Below are positions 39,061 to 52,739 of a stretch of 64,000 bases of DNA, in pieces. Below the pieces are notes generated by a model. The model worked only from the letters and a program-made list of their open reading frames with translations. It was not told the origin of the DNA and searched no databases. Both the position numbers and the translations under genes were made by a program. This DNA comes from Malacoraja senta (lineage: Eukaryota). Location of the stretch: positions 131,936,001 to 132,000,000 of the forward strand of contig CM075977.1 of assembly GCA_038087875.1 (NCBI GenBank). Direction: 5' to 3'. Within the stretch, counting starts at the first letter, position 1. Each line of letters opens with the position of its first letter.

Positions 39061-40561
39061 ATTGGGGAATCAGGAATCAGAAGACATAGGTTTAAGATGA
39101 GAGGGGAAAGATTTAATACGAATCTGAGGGGAAAATCACATAGACTATAAGTGGTATATACAACCAGCAACCAGAAGTAGTTGGGGAAGGTACTAGAACA
39201 TTTAAAATACATTTTGACAGCTACATCAATAGAAAGGGTTTAGAAGGATATGCGCTAAACATGAGGATGTGAGACAAGTGTAGATGGGGTATCTTGGTCG
39301 GCATGGGCTAGTTGGGCCAAAGGATCTGTATTACTCTGACATCAAAAACATTTTAGATTATTGATTTTTAACCTATCTTAGTCATAGAGTCTTAGAGTGA
39401 TCCAGTGTGGAAACAGGACCTTCGGCCCAACTTGCCCAACATGTCCCAGCTGCCAGAGTTTGGTCCATATCAAAGGTTCAAATGTCAGTTTATTGTACAT
39501 TTACCAATTAAGGTACAGTGAAATTCGATCCCTCCAAACTTGTCCTATCCATGTACCGTCTAACTGTTTCTTAAACGTTGGGATAGTCCTAGCCTCAACT
39601 ACCTCCTCTGGCAGCTTGTTCCATACACCCACCACCCTTTGTGTGAAAAGGGTGATGAGTGTATGGTGGAGAGATTCTGTGCATCTACCTGATTTATTCC
39701 TCTCATGAACTTGTACACTGCTTTTTATTTATTACATGGAATTTTAGGGGGTTTTCCAAGAGACAAAATAACAATTCAATATACCTCTTCATATAAAAGT
39801 GAATAAAAAATACAATAAAAAGACCTATTACGTTTTTTTTACATTTTTGTGGTTTCTCCTCTTTGGTGGTTTTCTGTTACATTACGTTCTTTTTTTCAAA
39901 CCAGTGGTTCTAACTGTACGAAAAGGGCTCTGGCTTAAAGAAAGGATAGGAAAGGTCATCACTGTTACTTAATACGTCACTTTTAAGAAGCATCAAAATG
40001 TTACAGAAAATGTCCAGCTACCTCGGGTTGGAGTCTGGTCAGGTGTAAGAACAAAATGTAGTCAGCATGGATCGAGCAGGCTAACTCTTCGTTAAATAAA
40101 TATCCTATGAAAGTACTGCGTGACAGGGTACAGATAGCTAGGAAAGTATCCGAAGTGCCAGGCAGTTCCCATTAACCTTGCCGGGCTTCACTGGAGCCTT
40201 CGTACACAATCCGAGCCCGAAGGGGTCTTTACTATTGTGTCCAGAAATGATTAAGTACCAAAAAAAAATTGTCCTTCGATTTAATTTTGTACCCAAGCAG
40301 ACTTGTACATGGAAAGTTCACCTAATAGTTCCCATACGATGCATTTATTTAAAGTTGGAAGTTGTGCCATTTTTCCAGAGATTATACATGTTTTAAAATT
40401 TCTGAAACTTTTATTGAATACATGAAATCTCAGGTGAAGGAGTAAGACCCTGATTTTCCCAGAATCTTGGTTTTTGCTTTGTCGACATACCAGCCTCTGT
40501 CCAGTACCATAACTGTTGCATTCGGTAGAAACAATGAACTGCAGATGCTGGTTTATACCAA

Positions 40562-40730
40562 AGATAGACACAAAGTGCTGGAGTAACTCAGCGGGTCAGG
40601 CAGCATCTCTGGAGAAAAAGGATGGGTGATGTTTCGGGTTGGGAAGGGTCCCAACCTGAAACATCACACATCGTTTTCTCCAGAGATGCTGCCTGACCCA
40701 TTGAGTTACTCCAGCACTTTGTGTCTATCT
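40562..40730. repeat. Near-perfect palindrome built from two inverted Penelope UTR arms
   Basis: agatagacacaaagtgctggagtaactca... and ...tgagttactccagcactttgtgtctatct; arms ~80 bp, loop of a few nt. Confidence 0.85.
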
Positions 40731-42469
40731 CTACTCTGTTTCATTGTTGCAATTGGACAGGGTACTTATGACGCCATTCCTTAAGTATCGTAGATAGTTT
40801 TGAACCCTTTTAATTAAGAAAGAATATACAAACATTGGAGATAGTCCAAACTAATTCCTGGAACAAGATGGTTGACCTATCATGAATCATTAAAGAAATC
40901 ATGTCATTATTCATTGGAGTTTATAAGAATGCAGGGTGATATATTGAAACATATAAAATCCTCTGAGATTATGACAGTAGATTTTGAAATGTTCTATTGG
41001 TGTGAGAATTTTGAGCAGGGGATGTTTTAATATTAATACTAACAATAATAAAATTAGGGATGGTCATTTAAAACTGAGGCGCATGGGAACAACTTGTAGA
41101 GGGAGGGGTATCTCTGGAATTCTCCATCCTGAGTATTGTAGAGGCTAAATCATTGGGGGTATTTAAAGAGGAAGTAAATCAATCTTGAAAGATCAGGGAA
41201 TTGAGGTCCATGGGGAAATGTCCCGGAAGTTGAGGTCTGGGGTAGATTAAGCAAGATCTTCTTGAATGGTGGGGAAGGCTTGAAGGGCCGAGTGGCCTGC
41301 TCCCACTCCTATTATGTTCTCATGTATTGCTGTTATTGTGACTTAATATATAGGCTCTTCCTTCCTAGCCTAGCACATGATGCATTCAGTGGATATCAGT
41401 TTGTAAATTTCCAATAATCTCAACTGTTGACTGGGAGGGGGTAAAAATATTTTATATTGCTTTCTTGTTTTAAGATTACTCACGTTTGTCTGTCAATATT
41501 CACTGAGCATAATGGTTATTAAACTTGTGGGGAAGGTCATCCATTTAACTGGAAGAATATTTTTGTTCTGCTGTTATTGATGAATTCAATTAGATTGCTG
41601 TCACTGCCCAGCTATTTGTTCATAGTTTTACCAAAACATGTAGTTTATAGTTGGTAGTTGTTTTTCTGACTGTTCTCAGCTAATACATAGTCTGGTGTTG
41701 TGTAATCAGGGTTTGGCAGTGGAGACACATATCTTCCATAATAAGAATTAAAATATATTTACTGAGGGATAATAGTATGATATGTAAACCTTTTGATCTG
41801 GATTAATATGTTTGATTTTCCAGATAGCTGAATAATTTAGGGGCTTTAGAACTACCATGTCAAATGTTGCCTCCTAGATTTGTATAAGAAATCTACTTTA
41901 AGCAGGAATTGATATAATAGTTATGAGATAATTTTACTGACATGTTTCTTTATCATCTGCTAATGGTCGGCTTTGGAGGCTGGTGTTAATCAATCTATTT
42001 AGAATGTTCCATCATTGCGTGTCATTAGAATCACATCATTAACAGCAAAGGTTGTATTTACTATTTGCAAAATGATAGTCTGACATTATTTTCCATTAAG
42101 TTGAATGTTGCATTCGTTCCTTGATGAGAGCAAGATTGTTATCCGTGTAATCAAGCAAAGCATGTCCACTCATGAAGCATCTTCTAAACGCCTGCAATGA
42201 AATTGTTCCACAATATAGTCATAGCAGCACTGAACAGTTTATTATCACTGTGGGATTCCCCGAGCTGACGTAATTAGAATGAGTCCACCTGCTTCCTCGT
42301 TAAACACATTTTTTTTCTGGACTGCAAAGAATTTATTTAGACAATAAATTTACAGAAATCAACTAATTCCAAGAGTTGAGTTTGGCCAACTTATTAAGAT
42401 TATCTGAACATTCGTGTACAAGGTAATTATTTGTTTTGAAAGCTTCAATTATTCAGTTTATTCCCCACC

Positions 42470-43818
42470 TGTGGCACCACCCAGTGGTTAGGCAACTTAT
42501 TGGGTGAACCCTGGGCCCTCAGACTGGCAGGGTCACAGGGGAGTGCCCTGTGAAATATATAGAATTTTGGGAGAACCCTCCCCAGTCGCGTGTAAGCTGT
42601 TCTTTGTTCAACTTAATAAAAATCACTTTGTTTAACAACACGTGTCTCGCTATATTGGTGACCCCCAACGATCCAAAACGGTTATTTTGGATTTGAAAAA
42701 TGGAAGCAGCCAACGCTCAACCCGAATTTGCTGCCGATCCGGCCCAGCAAAACGCTGTCACTCTTAAGCTGCCCGTGTTCTGGACATCGCAGCCTCAAGT
42801 GTGGGTTCAGCAGGCCGAGGCCCAGTTCCACATTCGCCGCATCACGGCTGATGACACCCGGTACTATTATGTGGTCGGCGCACTGGATCAGGAGACGATC
42901 GGTCGCCTGGTCCCTTAACTACGCGCGCCGCTGGCTGCGGGCAAGTACGGGGGCTTCAAAGCACTTCTCCTGCGTACCTTCGGGCTCAGCCGTCGGGATC
43001 GAGCAGCACGGCTCATGCACATGGGCGGGCTTGGCGATCGCAAGCCGTCGGTGCTCATGAGCGAAATGCTCACTCTGATGGACGGTCATCAGCCCTGTCT
43101 CCTGTTTGAACACGTCTTTCTGGAGCAGATGCCTGATAACATCCGCCTGCTCCTCACATGTGAGAATTTTGAAGAACCTCTGCAACTAGCAGAGCGTGCG
43201 CATGAACTGTGGCAGTCCAAGCAGCAGGGTGGCGGTTCGCTCGATCGGGTGTCGGCAGTTCCTTGGAAGGCCTAGCGACCAGGCCCTGTCTCCACCGGGA
43301 GCTCGGCTGCACCGCCGGTCCCAGGAGAAGCCGGTAAAGGGAAGTGGTGTTACTACCATCAACGCTGGGGTTCCGCGGCCCGTCAATGCCGCCCGCCCTG
43401 CTCGTTTCTGGGAAATGCCGGGTCCGGCCGCCAGTAATCGCTGTGGCGGTTGGCCAGATACACTGCCTCTACGCTTGGGACCGACATTCAGGGACGATGG
43501 TTCCTCGTTGATACGGGGGCGGAGGTTAGCGTTTTGCCCCCATCGGGGGTCGACACTAGTTCCGGAAAGCAGGGGCCCTCGTTAACCGCAGCAAATGGCA
43601 GCTTCATACGGATGTATGGGGTTTGCACAGTTCCGCTCATCTTTGGCTCTTGCCATTTTACCAGGCCATTCACGATTGCAGACGTCTCCCAGCCGTTGCT
43701 GGACGCCGATTTCCTCCGGGCTCAATCCCTGTTGGTGGATGTGAGGGTGCAGCGCCTCGTTCGTCTGTCATTTTGTTTTCGTGCCTCTGGTTCTGGGGGG
43801 GGGTCCTGTGGTGCCACT
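42470..43818 (+). mobile_element. Internally deleted Gypsy LTR element (CsRN1-like)
   Basis: 5' LTR ~42470-42654; tRNA-Trp PBS TGGTGACCCC at 42656; gag LKLPVFWTSQPQVW..AEAQF; protease FLVDTGAEVS; then a G-run PPT and a short 3' LTR stub tgtggtgccac at 43807. Confidence 0.88.
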
Positions 43819-45354
43819 AGAACTAAGATTTAGGTCTCTCTAGAACTAAATCCAAGAACACAATTGACATCCCAATTTTGTAGTGATGATTTTGTTTACC
43901 TTAATTAATACCGTGGGGGGGATATTTGATAGTTTGGGGATCTACTTAGAAGAAACCTCTCTAGCTTTGCAATACATATTCTCAAAATAATAATGAAAAT
44001 GGTGGGCACAATTACTATCTTGATATGCAAGGTGGATTGAAAAAAAAAGTTCTCAATCCTACTAAGAAAAAAAGCTAAACTCTGATGTGCTTAATTTTTT
44101 TTCTGAGACTTGTAACATTTGTGATAGATAATTTTACAAAATGTGACATTTTATGAAGGGGTACTGGGAGTGAAATCTAAAGTCCGTGGCATAAACATGT
44201 CCTGAGAAGGAACTGCAAAATACCTTTTCTAACTTTTTTGCTACCCTCTGTCTGTGTAATTTTGACCACATAATTGCATCCTTTGCTGTTGAGTCTGCAT
44301 TTGCAGAACTTAATAGTCATGTATTTGATTTCTACTGATTATTTTAAAAATTAAATGTCAGCGAATCTTTTGGTATAATTAGATTCAGATGTCAATAGGT
44401 GTTGCATTGTTGAACTTCTGTTCCACAGTTTCAAAGCAATGGAATATTGTTGCACAGAAATGAATACCTGAGTGGAAAAAGTAGTTTGATCTCTGAAGGG
44501 GAGCTATTTTTACTGTTCCATTGATCGTTTATATATGTCGAGCTGTGGAATTATTTTTAACAATTGAAAATGGGCTTTATTATTAGAACTATCAAGTTGT
44601 TCTGCTTGATACTTGTAAATTAAGAATGTCTTGTTTGAAAGTGCATGACAAGTTTAAAAAACATATTGGGTGAACACGCACCAGAGGTTCCATAATTGGT
44701 GTTTTCCAGGTTTCCAATTACTAAGTTTAGCCAGAGTTGTGTGGGAAAAAGACAGTGAAAGAGATCTGCAGAATACGAATGGAAGCGTTTCATGAACGAG
44801 CAGGCAAAATGTAAGGCAGACAACATCCTCTCCGACACCAATTTGCCTTTTATATGATGAGCTTGATACAATCTGGGTGGTGGATTTTGTCTGTCTTGAT
44901 CACAAATGACTTAGAAAACTGATAAGAATTGTTAATAAATTCAAATATGATTCCAATTCATGCTATTCAAAAAACTGTCATCAAATAACAAAATTACAGG
45001 TAATTACTATCCAGACTGTAAACCTGATGCAAATGAGTCATCAATGTCTTCAGCTCCACCCTGAGTTTTGTTGTCCTGCCTTCACATTTAATATGATGGA
45101 ATTAATTATTTTTACTCTTCTCCATTCCTGTAATTCACAAAAGCCAAGAATGATATATCATATCCCAGTTAAAATTGATCCTAAAGGTTGTTAATCTTCA
45201 TAAAAATAGACTGATCATGACACTTTATAGATATTAAACAAGCAATAAATGTCAGCTTGGACTGTATACTCAAATCCTTTTAATGTTAGTTACACAAAAT
45301 CATGTTTTCTGCCAGCGTTTTCTACCAGAGGAGTCTTCAGTTCAGCATAACTCT

Positions 45355-46040
45355 TAACAGCATTGATGTACAGAGAGATCTTAGGTTCCAAGTCCTTAGC
45401 TCCCTGAAAGTGGTGATACAGTGGTAAAGAAGGCATATGAAATGCTTGCCTTCATCGGTCAGATTGAGTATGTCATGGTCATATTGCAGCTTTATAGGTC
45501 TTCGGTTTGGCTGTATTTGGAGTATTTTGTGTCATTCTAGAGACTACATTACAGGAAGGTTGTGGAGGCAATGGAAAGGATGCAGAAGAGGCTTACCAAA
45601 ATGCTGCCTGGATTAGAGGGAACGAGCTCGGAGAGGTTGGAGCGTCAGAGGCTGAGGGGTGTGAAATTATGATGGAGGAATATTAAATTATGAGAGACAT
45701 AGACAGTAATGTAGACAGTCAGAACTTTTATCTCAGGGTGGAAATGTCAAAGACTAGAGGGCATAGCTTTAAGGTAAGAGGGGCTAAATTTAAAGGAAAT
45801 GTTTGGGGCAACTTTTTAACCCAGAGAGTGGTGGGTGCCTGGTACACTGCCATGTATGGTGGTGAAGGGAGATACAATAATGGCATTTAAGAGCCTTTCA
45901 GATAGACGCATGGATGTACTGGGAATGAAAGGACGTGGAGCACGTGCAGGCAGAGGAGATTAGTTTAACCTGGCAATATGTTCACCATGGACATTGTGGG
46001 CCAAAGAGCCAGTTCTTGTGTTGTACTGTTCAATGTTCTA
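45355..46040 (+). mobile_element. CR1 LINE 3' fragment, decayed
   Basis: TRGHSFKVRGAKFKGNVWGNFLTQRVVGAW and 3' UTR. Confidence 0.8.
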
Positions 46041-46390
46041 TTCTGTAAGATGACAATTCAAACTGAATAGAATTACTACAAATGTGATTTTCTTGTCATT
46101 GGATTGTGTGAACTCCATCAGGATCAAATTTAAATTTGTAACGTCCTCCAATTTAAAAATGCTATTTTTAAGGGTTTATTTAAGTATACCTACATGAAAT
46201 CTGATTCATAATCCCACCATGTTTGTAAAAGTGACCACTCTCAGTCTTTAGTATTCAGAAATGTCTACCTTAAGGTAAAGTTGTAACTTACAGTAAAGTT
46301 CCCTTCCAGCATGATGAACAGACTAGCACAAAGCACTTTACTAATTCATAATTTAAGTTTCCAATTGTCCGATCCTCGCCTTGATCAGAA

Positions 46391-47627
46391 TGTAATAAGC
46401 ACACTTCAAGGACACTGAACATAAACGCTTTGTCTTACTTGTCCGCCCTTCCTTTACATCCTGGCAACATGAGTCCTCTGACCTTTCTGACTCCTAGTAA
46501 CACGTGATACATTTAAATATGGTGTTTGTTACCATGACATTCCTCCCTTATCAAACATTATCACATTGTAAACTGAACATTCCAACACCATTTAGGATAT
46601 GGCATTCGTGACATTGATAACACATCATTTTCACATGTCAATACATCTCATAGTCCTCGTATCTCTTTCTCTGACATTTTGGTTTGGCCACTGCTAATGG
46701 AGTCGTGCATTCTTTCCTCCTCAATTTAGTAGTCTTGAGTCTGCTCCCCCAAAGTCCCAACTTCAGCTTGCAGTGGCTATCACTCCTTCTGCCGATTGGA
46801 CCCTCACCGTATTCCCTTGTCTGGACACCACTGTGTATGGTTGTGGAAAGAAGGGTGTGTCCATTTTGCTTGGACTTTCTCTCCTCACTAGCACCTCTTC
46901 TCCTGACATCACATCTGATGGTTTAGCACCTCGTCTCCCGTCTTCATCAAGCTTTGATGCCCATTTGTTTACTGCATCATGATCTTTCACTTCTTGATCA
47001 TTTACCACGTCACTAACCCATGGTACCTTTGTCCGGAGTTTCCTTCCAAATAACAGTTCTGCCAGACTATTCCCTGTTGTGCTGTAATTCTATATGCTAC
47101 TACATATGATAAGAGCATCTCCTTCCAATCTTTGCCTTCTGCTTGGGCAATTCTCATGCTCTTCTCTAGAGATTGGTTCTGACGTTCCACTTCTCCATTA
47201 GCATGCGGCCACTTTGGTGCAACTTTGTGATGGTACACATCTGTGTTCTTCATGTAGTCAGCAAGCGTCTGAGAAATGAACTGAGGCCCATCGTCAGAAT
47301 ATAATGTCGCTGGTAGACTGTGTCTGGCAAAGATTTCCATCAAAACTGCTACAGTCTTTTCCAATGTTGTAGACTTCATTATTGCATACTCATAATAACT
47401 GCTGTAGTAAACAATCACAACTAGTATTGACTCTCATGATGGACGTAGCCCTAGAAAAACTACAGCCACATCTTCCCATGGACACCTTCAAGGACACTGA
47501 ACATAAACACTTTGTTTTATTCGTCCGCCATTCCATTTTGGCAACACCCTGGCAACATGTGTCCTCTGATCTATCCGACTCATGGTAGCACGTGATACTT
47601 TAAAATACGACATCAGTTACCATGACA
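46391..47627 (-). mobile_element. Deleted Gypsy element: integrase fragment between two short LTRs
   Basis: Direct repeats 46391-46539 and ~47486-47627, both ending accatgaca; PPT taagggaggaa; integrase SDDGPQF...PKWPHANGEVER. Confidence 0.85.
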
Positions 47628-48112
47628 CCAATTGCAGGCAAGATTCTTGTGCTATTTTAGTTACAATGGAGAAAGTTAATGGTTTAGATGTTAGCTGGAA
47701 AAAAATATCTTTATACATGATACATGCCATTATTAGTACATGAAAGATCCAGAAATTCGTGGCAAGTCCTTATGTTTGAGAAATAATACAAATTGCTGAC
47801 CAATATCTGTAAATCAATTACTTGGTAAAATGGGAATTTCTCAATGAGTGACAAAAAATTGTCAGGCTTTTATGCAAAGCACAAATTGAATATGCCACAG
47901 AAATTCAGGACACCCTTTCCATGGTGTTTGGGCACTTAAAATGAGGTTAATGTTCCTGCAATGTCATTTAACATTGAAGACACAATGGTAATGAGGCAGC
48001 AAATCACACCCTGAAGGAAGTAAATAGCTTTTATTTTTATTTTAAATTAGTAATTTTTCCTCTTTACCTGTCTGCCTGCTCGACCTGGAACGTCCCAGGG
48101 GTGAATGCCTTA

Positions 48113-48877
48113 TGGGCCTGTCCCACTTAGGCGACTTTTTAGGCGACTGCAGGAGACTATGCAGTCGCCACATGGTCACCATATGTTTGCGGGTAGTTGC
48201 CGGGGAGTCGCCTTCATGGTCGCCAGGAGTTCCCGCATTCTGGGAACTAGTCGCGGCCTCATTATGGTCACCACAAATTTTTCAACATGTTGAAAAATTA
48301 GCGACGACTAGAATGAAGCCGCCATGGAGAGTAGCGAGAATTCTCATGCCTTAGGTGGTTCGCCAGGAGGTCCTAATGGGTTTCCAGGAGGTCGAAGGTT
48401 CTCGGAGGTTCTTGTAGGTTGTAGCCGGTGCTCATTGGGGGAAAAAAAGGTAAGCAGTAGTTTTCAGAACGAAGGATAACCGACCGGTAATGTTAATGTC
48501 CGCCGAGCTTCAGATCCGTGTATCTCTGGCTTCTTAAAGGTTGTCTCCACTCCTTCTCCCCCCTTCCTCCCCCTCCCTCCCCTCCCCTCCCCCTCCCCTC
48601 CCTCTCTCCTCCTCTTTTAAAAGATTTACCGTACACTGTGCTTTAGCCGTCTTAATTACAGCGCCAACCTTCCTGTTCATCGCGGTGTGTGTCTATCTCC
48701 TTGGCTTTGCACCGTGTGAATTTGTTAGACAGTGCCCCTCCCCCCCCCACTTGCCCTGTCCCCCGCCTGCATAATGGGCTGGTGAAGAAAGCCATGTGTT
48801 TGTGTGTGTGTTCCACTCTGACAGTCGGCATTCCAGTTGCCGGATCGCTGAAAAATCGCCTAAGTGGGACAGGCCCA
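48113..48877. mobile_element. PIF/Harbinger-type MITE
   Basis: TIR tgggcctgtcccacttaggcga / tcgcctaagtgggacaggccca; TSD TTA on both sides. Confidence 0.88.
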
Positions 48878-49319
48878 TTAGATCTTTGATTGCAACAGGC
48901 ATGGGTGTATTTCAGTTTTTGGGGGACTGAAATGGAAGATCCTCTCCACTGCTACAACATTCCAACAGACCAAAACCATCACCACCTCTAAGTATTCTGA
49001 CATTCTCAGGGTTAATTTTGAAGTGTTTTATGTGGTGTAACGATATGTTTGTCAGTCTGCCACATCCACTCGTGCTGTTGATGTACATTATTAACCTACT
49101 TCAAGATCACAGTCCAGAATATGTCTTTAATGGCAGTAATACTTGTGGCATTTATTGCTATTATTCTTTAAAATTGGGAGCAATTTCTGACATTCAATAA
49201 TGCATATTTAACCACAGAAACTGCTCTCAGTAACACTATTCCAGTCTGCACAGAATCAGTAATTAGCTATTAGCTTCAGTTTATTTTATACACCAGTCTT
49301 GCATCCGAAACTGTTGAAC

Positions 49320-49585
49320 CCACCTCATACAGAGCTAAGCTTGCACTGGAGAAACTACATACCGTCACCAACAGTCATGAAACAAAGTACCCCAAGGCCT
49401 TGATCATAATAGCCAGGGACTTCAACAGACCAGAGTCGGGCACGCACTACCAAAGTACAATCAGCACATCTCCTGTGTGACCAGTGGCCCAAACACCTTT
49501 GATCACTGCTGCACAATCATCCAAGATGCCGACTGTTACATCACCCAACCATACTTTGGTAAATCTGACCACCTGGCTGGACTGC
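49320..49585 (+). mobile_element. Rex1/Babar endonuclease fragment
   Basis: IIARDFN...YNQHISCVT..PNTFDHC..FGKSDHL. Confidence 0.6.
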
Positions 49586-49599
49586 CTCAGGATTGTCCG

Positions 49600-50322
49600 A
49601 GAAAATGAGAAGGTCATAGATCAGAGTTATAGTGAGGTGGTCACACCTAAGATGCAAAAAGTAAATGGGTGACCACCAGGAAATTAAATAGGCAGAATGT
49701 AGGAATCTCTTGTGGTCGTTCCCCTCAAAACTAATATACCCTTTTGTGATACTATTATTGGGAGAGAGGTGAGAGCAGCATCAGCAGTCAGGTCTGCAGT
49801 ACCAGGCCTGTCTCTAACACACAGTGGGGTGTGGTGAAGTCAGACAGAGCTATATTAGTTTAGGGGACGGATAGGAAATTCAGTGCAGCAATCGAGACTT
49901 TGGGAAGATGTTTGCCTCCCTGGTTGCAGAGTCCATGATGTCTCAGAGCGGCTGCAGAACATTCTCAAGGGGAAGTATGAACAGCATTGCACAAATGACA
50001 TAGGTAGGAAAAGGGATGAGGTCCAGTGGAGTGAATAAAGAAACTTGTGCGAAAGGTTTAAAAGCAGGACCTCAAGCATCTCTGGATTACTCACAGGGCC
50101 ACGTGCTATTGAGGGGAGGAACAGGAAGATATGACGGGAATGCATGGCTGAGGGACTGGTTCAGGCGGCAGGGGTTCAGGTTTTTGGACCATTGGGATCT
50201 TTTCTAGGGCAGAGGTGACCTGTACAAGAGTAACGGATTGCACCTGAACTGGAGGGGAACCAATATCCTTGCAGGCAGGTCTGCTCGTGCTACTCGAAAG
50301 AATTTAAACTAGTGGCACAAGG
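49600..50322 (+). mobile_element. CR1 ORF1 (SGNH esterase-like) remnant
   Basis: CLPGCRVHDVSERLQNIL, TNDIG, GFRFLDHWDLF, GLHLNWRGTNILAGR; resumes after the transposon at ~52747. Confidence 0.75.
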
Positions 50323-52739
50323 TAGCAATGTTACAAAACCTACCTTCAGCGGCGCTGCAGTTCTGCCACTGGCCGTGTGCGCGACTTTGGCACCTTTGAG
50401 GTGGGGGGGGGCGGGATTCAAATCCAGTTTTGTACTGCCTGTCGGAGGTGGATTTCCTCGGGCTGCTAGCTGCTGAAGAAAAATCTATTGGACTTCCGTT
50501 CCCATTTTTTTAATCGCTAGACAATTTAATAATTAGATTAAAATAAAATGCGACTTCTAACGCCCTCAACGCCTACAACGTGACGGATTGCAAGAACGGG
50601 ACAAAACAAAGAGTAAGTAGTGTATTTTACATATAATCTTGCTTCCTGGGATGGCTTTAATCTAATTTAATGTTGCGAAAATGTTATTTGGGCCCCATAA
50701 CCTTACCCGCTGCCTCGAGGATATAAAGTGTTGGATGGCCCAGAACTTCCTCCAACTAAACGAGAGTAAGTCTGAGGTCATCCTTCTCGGCCCCTCGGAC
50801 TCAATCAAAATGATAGCAGGCAGCCTTGGAAGCCTTACCTACACAAACCTCACGTCAAAAACCTTGGCGTGATATTTGACTCAGCACTGAAATTTGACAA
50901 ACAAGTCAATGCCGTGGTAAAAGCTAGCTACTTTCAGCTTCGGACGATAGCTAAAATAAAACAATTCCTCCACTTTGATGGCCTCGAAAAGATCATCCAC
51001 ACATTTATCTCCTCCCGCCTAGATTACTGCAACTCCCTTTACACTGGCAGCAGCCAATCTTCCCTGTCCCGCCTGCAACTGGTCCAAAACGCCACAGCGA
51101 GACTCCTGACGGGCACCCGAAAAAGGGATCACATCACCCCGATCCTGGCCTCTCTCCACTGGCTCCCTGTGCGGTTCCGTATACATTTCAAGATCCTCCT
51201 CTATGTCTACAAAGCCCTCAATGGGCTTGCCCCCACCTACATTAAAAGTCTTCTCACCCACCATTCCACCTCCAGGTCCCTCAGATCGGCCGACTTGGGG
51301 TTGCTGAATATCCCGCGGTCTAGGCATAAGCTCAGGGGCGACCGCGCCTTTGCGGTTGCAGCTCCTAGACTGTGGAACAGCATCCCCCTTCCCATCAGAA
51401 CTGCCCCCTCCATCGACTCCTTTAAGTCAAGACTAAAAACTTATCTATACTCCCAAGCCTTTCTTGACATCCTCTGAGCGAGGGCTATATGTATATATGT
51501 ATGTAGTTTGTTTATATTATTCTTATAATAAATGTAAAGCACTTTGGCCAAATAGAGTTGTTTTTTAAATGTGCTATATAAATAAATGTGACTTGACTTG
51601 ATACAAACCGGTAGTGTGTTTCCTGCCGACATGGGGATCACATTCACCGCAAATGCAACGTTCCAATCGATTGCGTTCCAGAAGCAAGATGATTAAAATG
51701 TCCTTTTTTTTGGACAATCATGTCATAAGCCGTCTAAATTGTCTATATTTTGTGTTATTCTCTCTCCATGATCATTATTTTTAAACTAAATAGTCACAAC
51801 AGTTTGAGTCGCATGTATTGTGCAAAAATCAATAATTTTGATTATATTTTGGGTGGATGTTTCTGGATTAATTTATGGGAATTAAACATTAAATTCCTTC
51901 CATCTGGCATATAAATTCATGACAGTGAGATTTTAAAATCATGTTATATTGTGAATTCTTGTGTGAATGGGATTAGTTTGTTATTTGGATACTTAGGCTA
52001 TTTAAAAAAATTATCCTTTTCTTAAGAAATGGAATCTACAGGACATTCTTAATGGGAAAGTAGTGGGCAGAAAGGCATGTCATGCGTGAAGAGCAAAAAC
52101 TTGTAGTTTACAATGCCAAAATTGAAAAGTTGAGGAAAAACAAGGTGTGCAGAGTTGCTTATTGGTTACAATCTGAGGAGTATGATGATGCTACTGATTA
52201 TGATATACCTATGTACCAGCTGGCAACTGATCTTCTCCATAAAGACTTGGTCTATTGCTAGAAATTGTAATTTATTTACCTATCTGTTACGGACTTACAG
52301 CATATAATACAATAATATTAAAGTTCTGATCTTGAGAATATCACATTTTTTAATTTTCAAGGCAGTCTGGGTGTTTATTACGGTCAATTTTGTAATTAGG
52401 TAATTAACTAATTATATGCTTTAATTTCAGGTCATCCAAGTAAGATGTTTTATATTTGTTTCAGAATGCTTCAATCTATAATAACTGAAAATTTCATTCT
52501 GTTCTCTTAACTTTTAAGAAAGTTATGGGCTTTTGACTGTCCTCGATCAAAGCCTTTGTGTTACGTCAATGGAAAACCAACAAGATGCTAATTTCCAAGT
52601 ATGAAAATGGCCATAACTTTTTTAATACTGAAGATATGAAAGTGAATTAGGTGTCAAATTAAACATCTTTTTATGCTTTATCTGATGGGATAAATTGCAG
52701 ACTTGATTTTTAAAATCTCAAAATTTGGTACCATTGCTA
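50323..52739 (+). mobile_element. TAG..CTA DNA transposon (hAT/hATw-like), non-autonomous, carrying an L2 insert
   Basis: TIR tagcaatgttacaaaa / tttggtaccattgcta; exact 7-bp TSD cacaagg at 50316-50322 and 52740-52746. Confidence 0.88.
50697..51601 (+). mobile_element. L2 LINE 3' part, well preserved
   Basis: [15 protein letters not shown]; SRLDYCNSL; LQLVQNATARLL..RDHITPILASLHWLPV; (GACTT)n tail. Confidence 0.92.
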
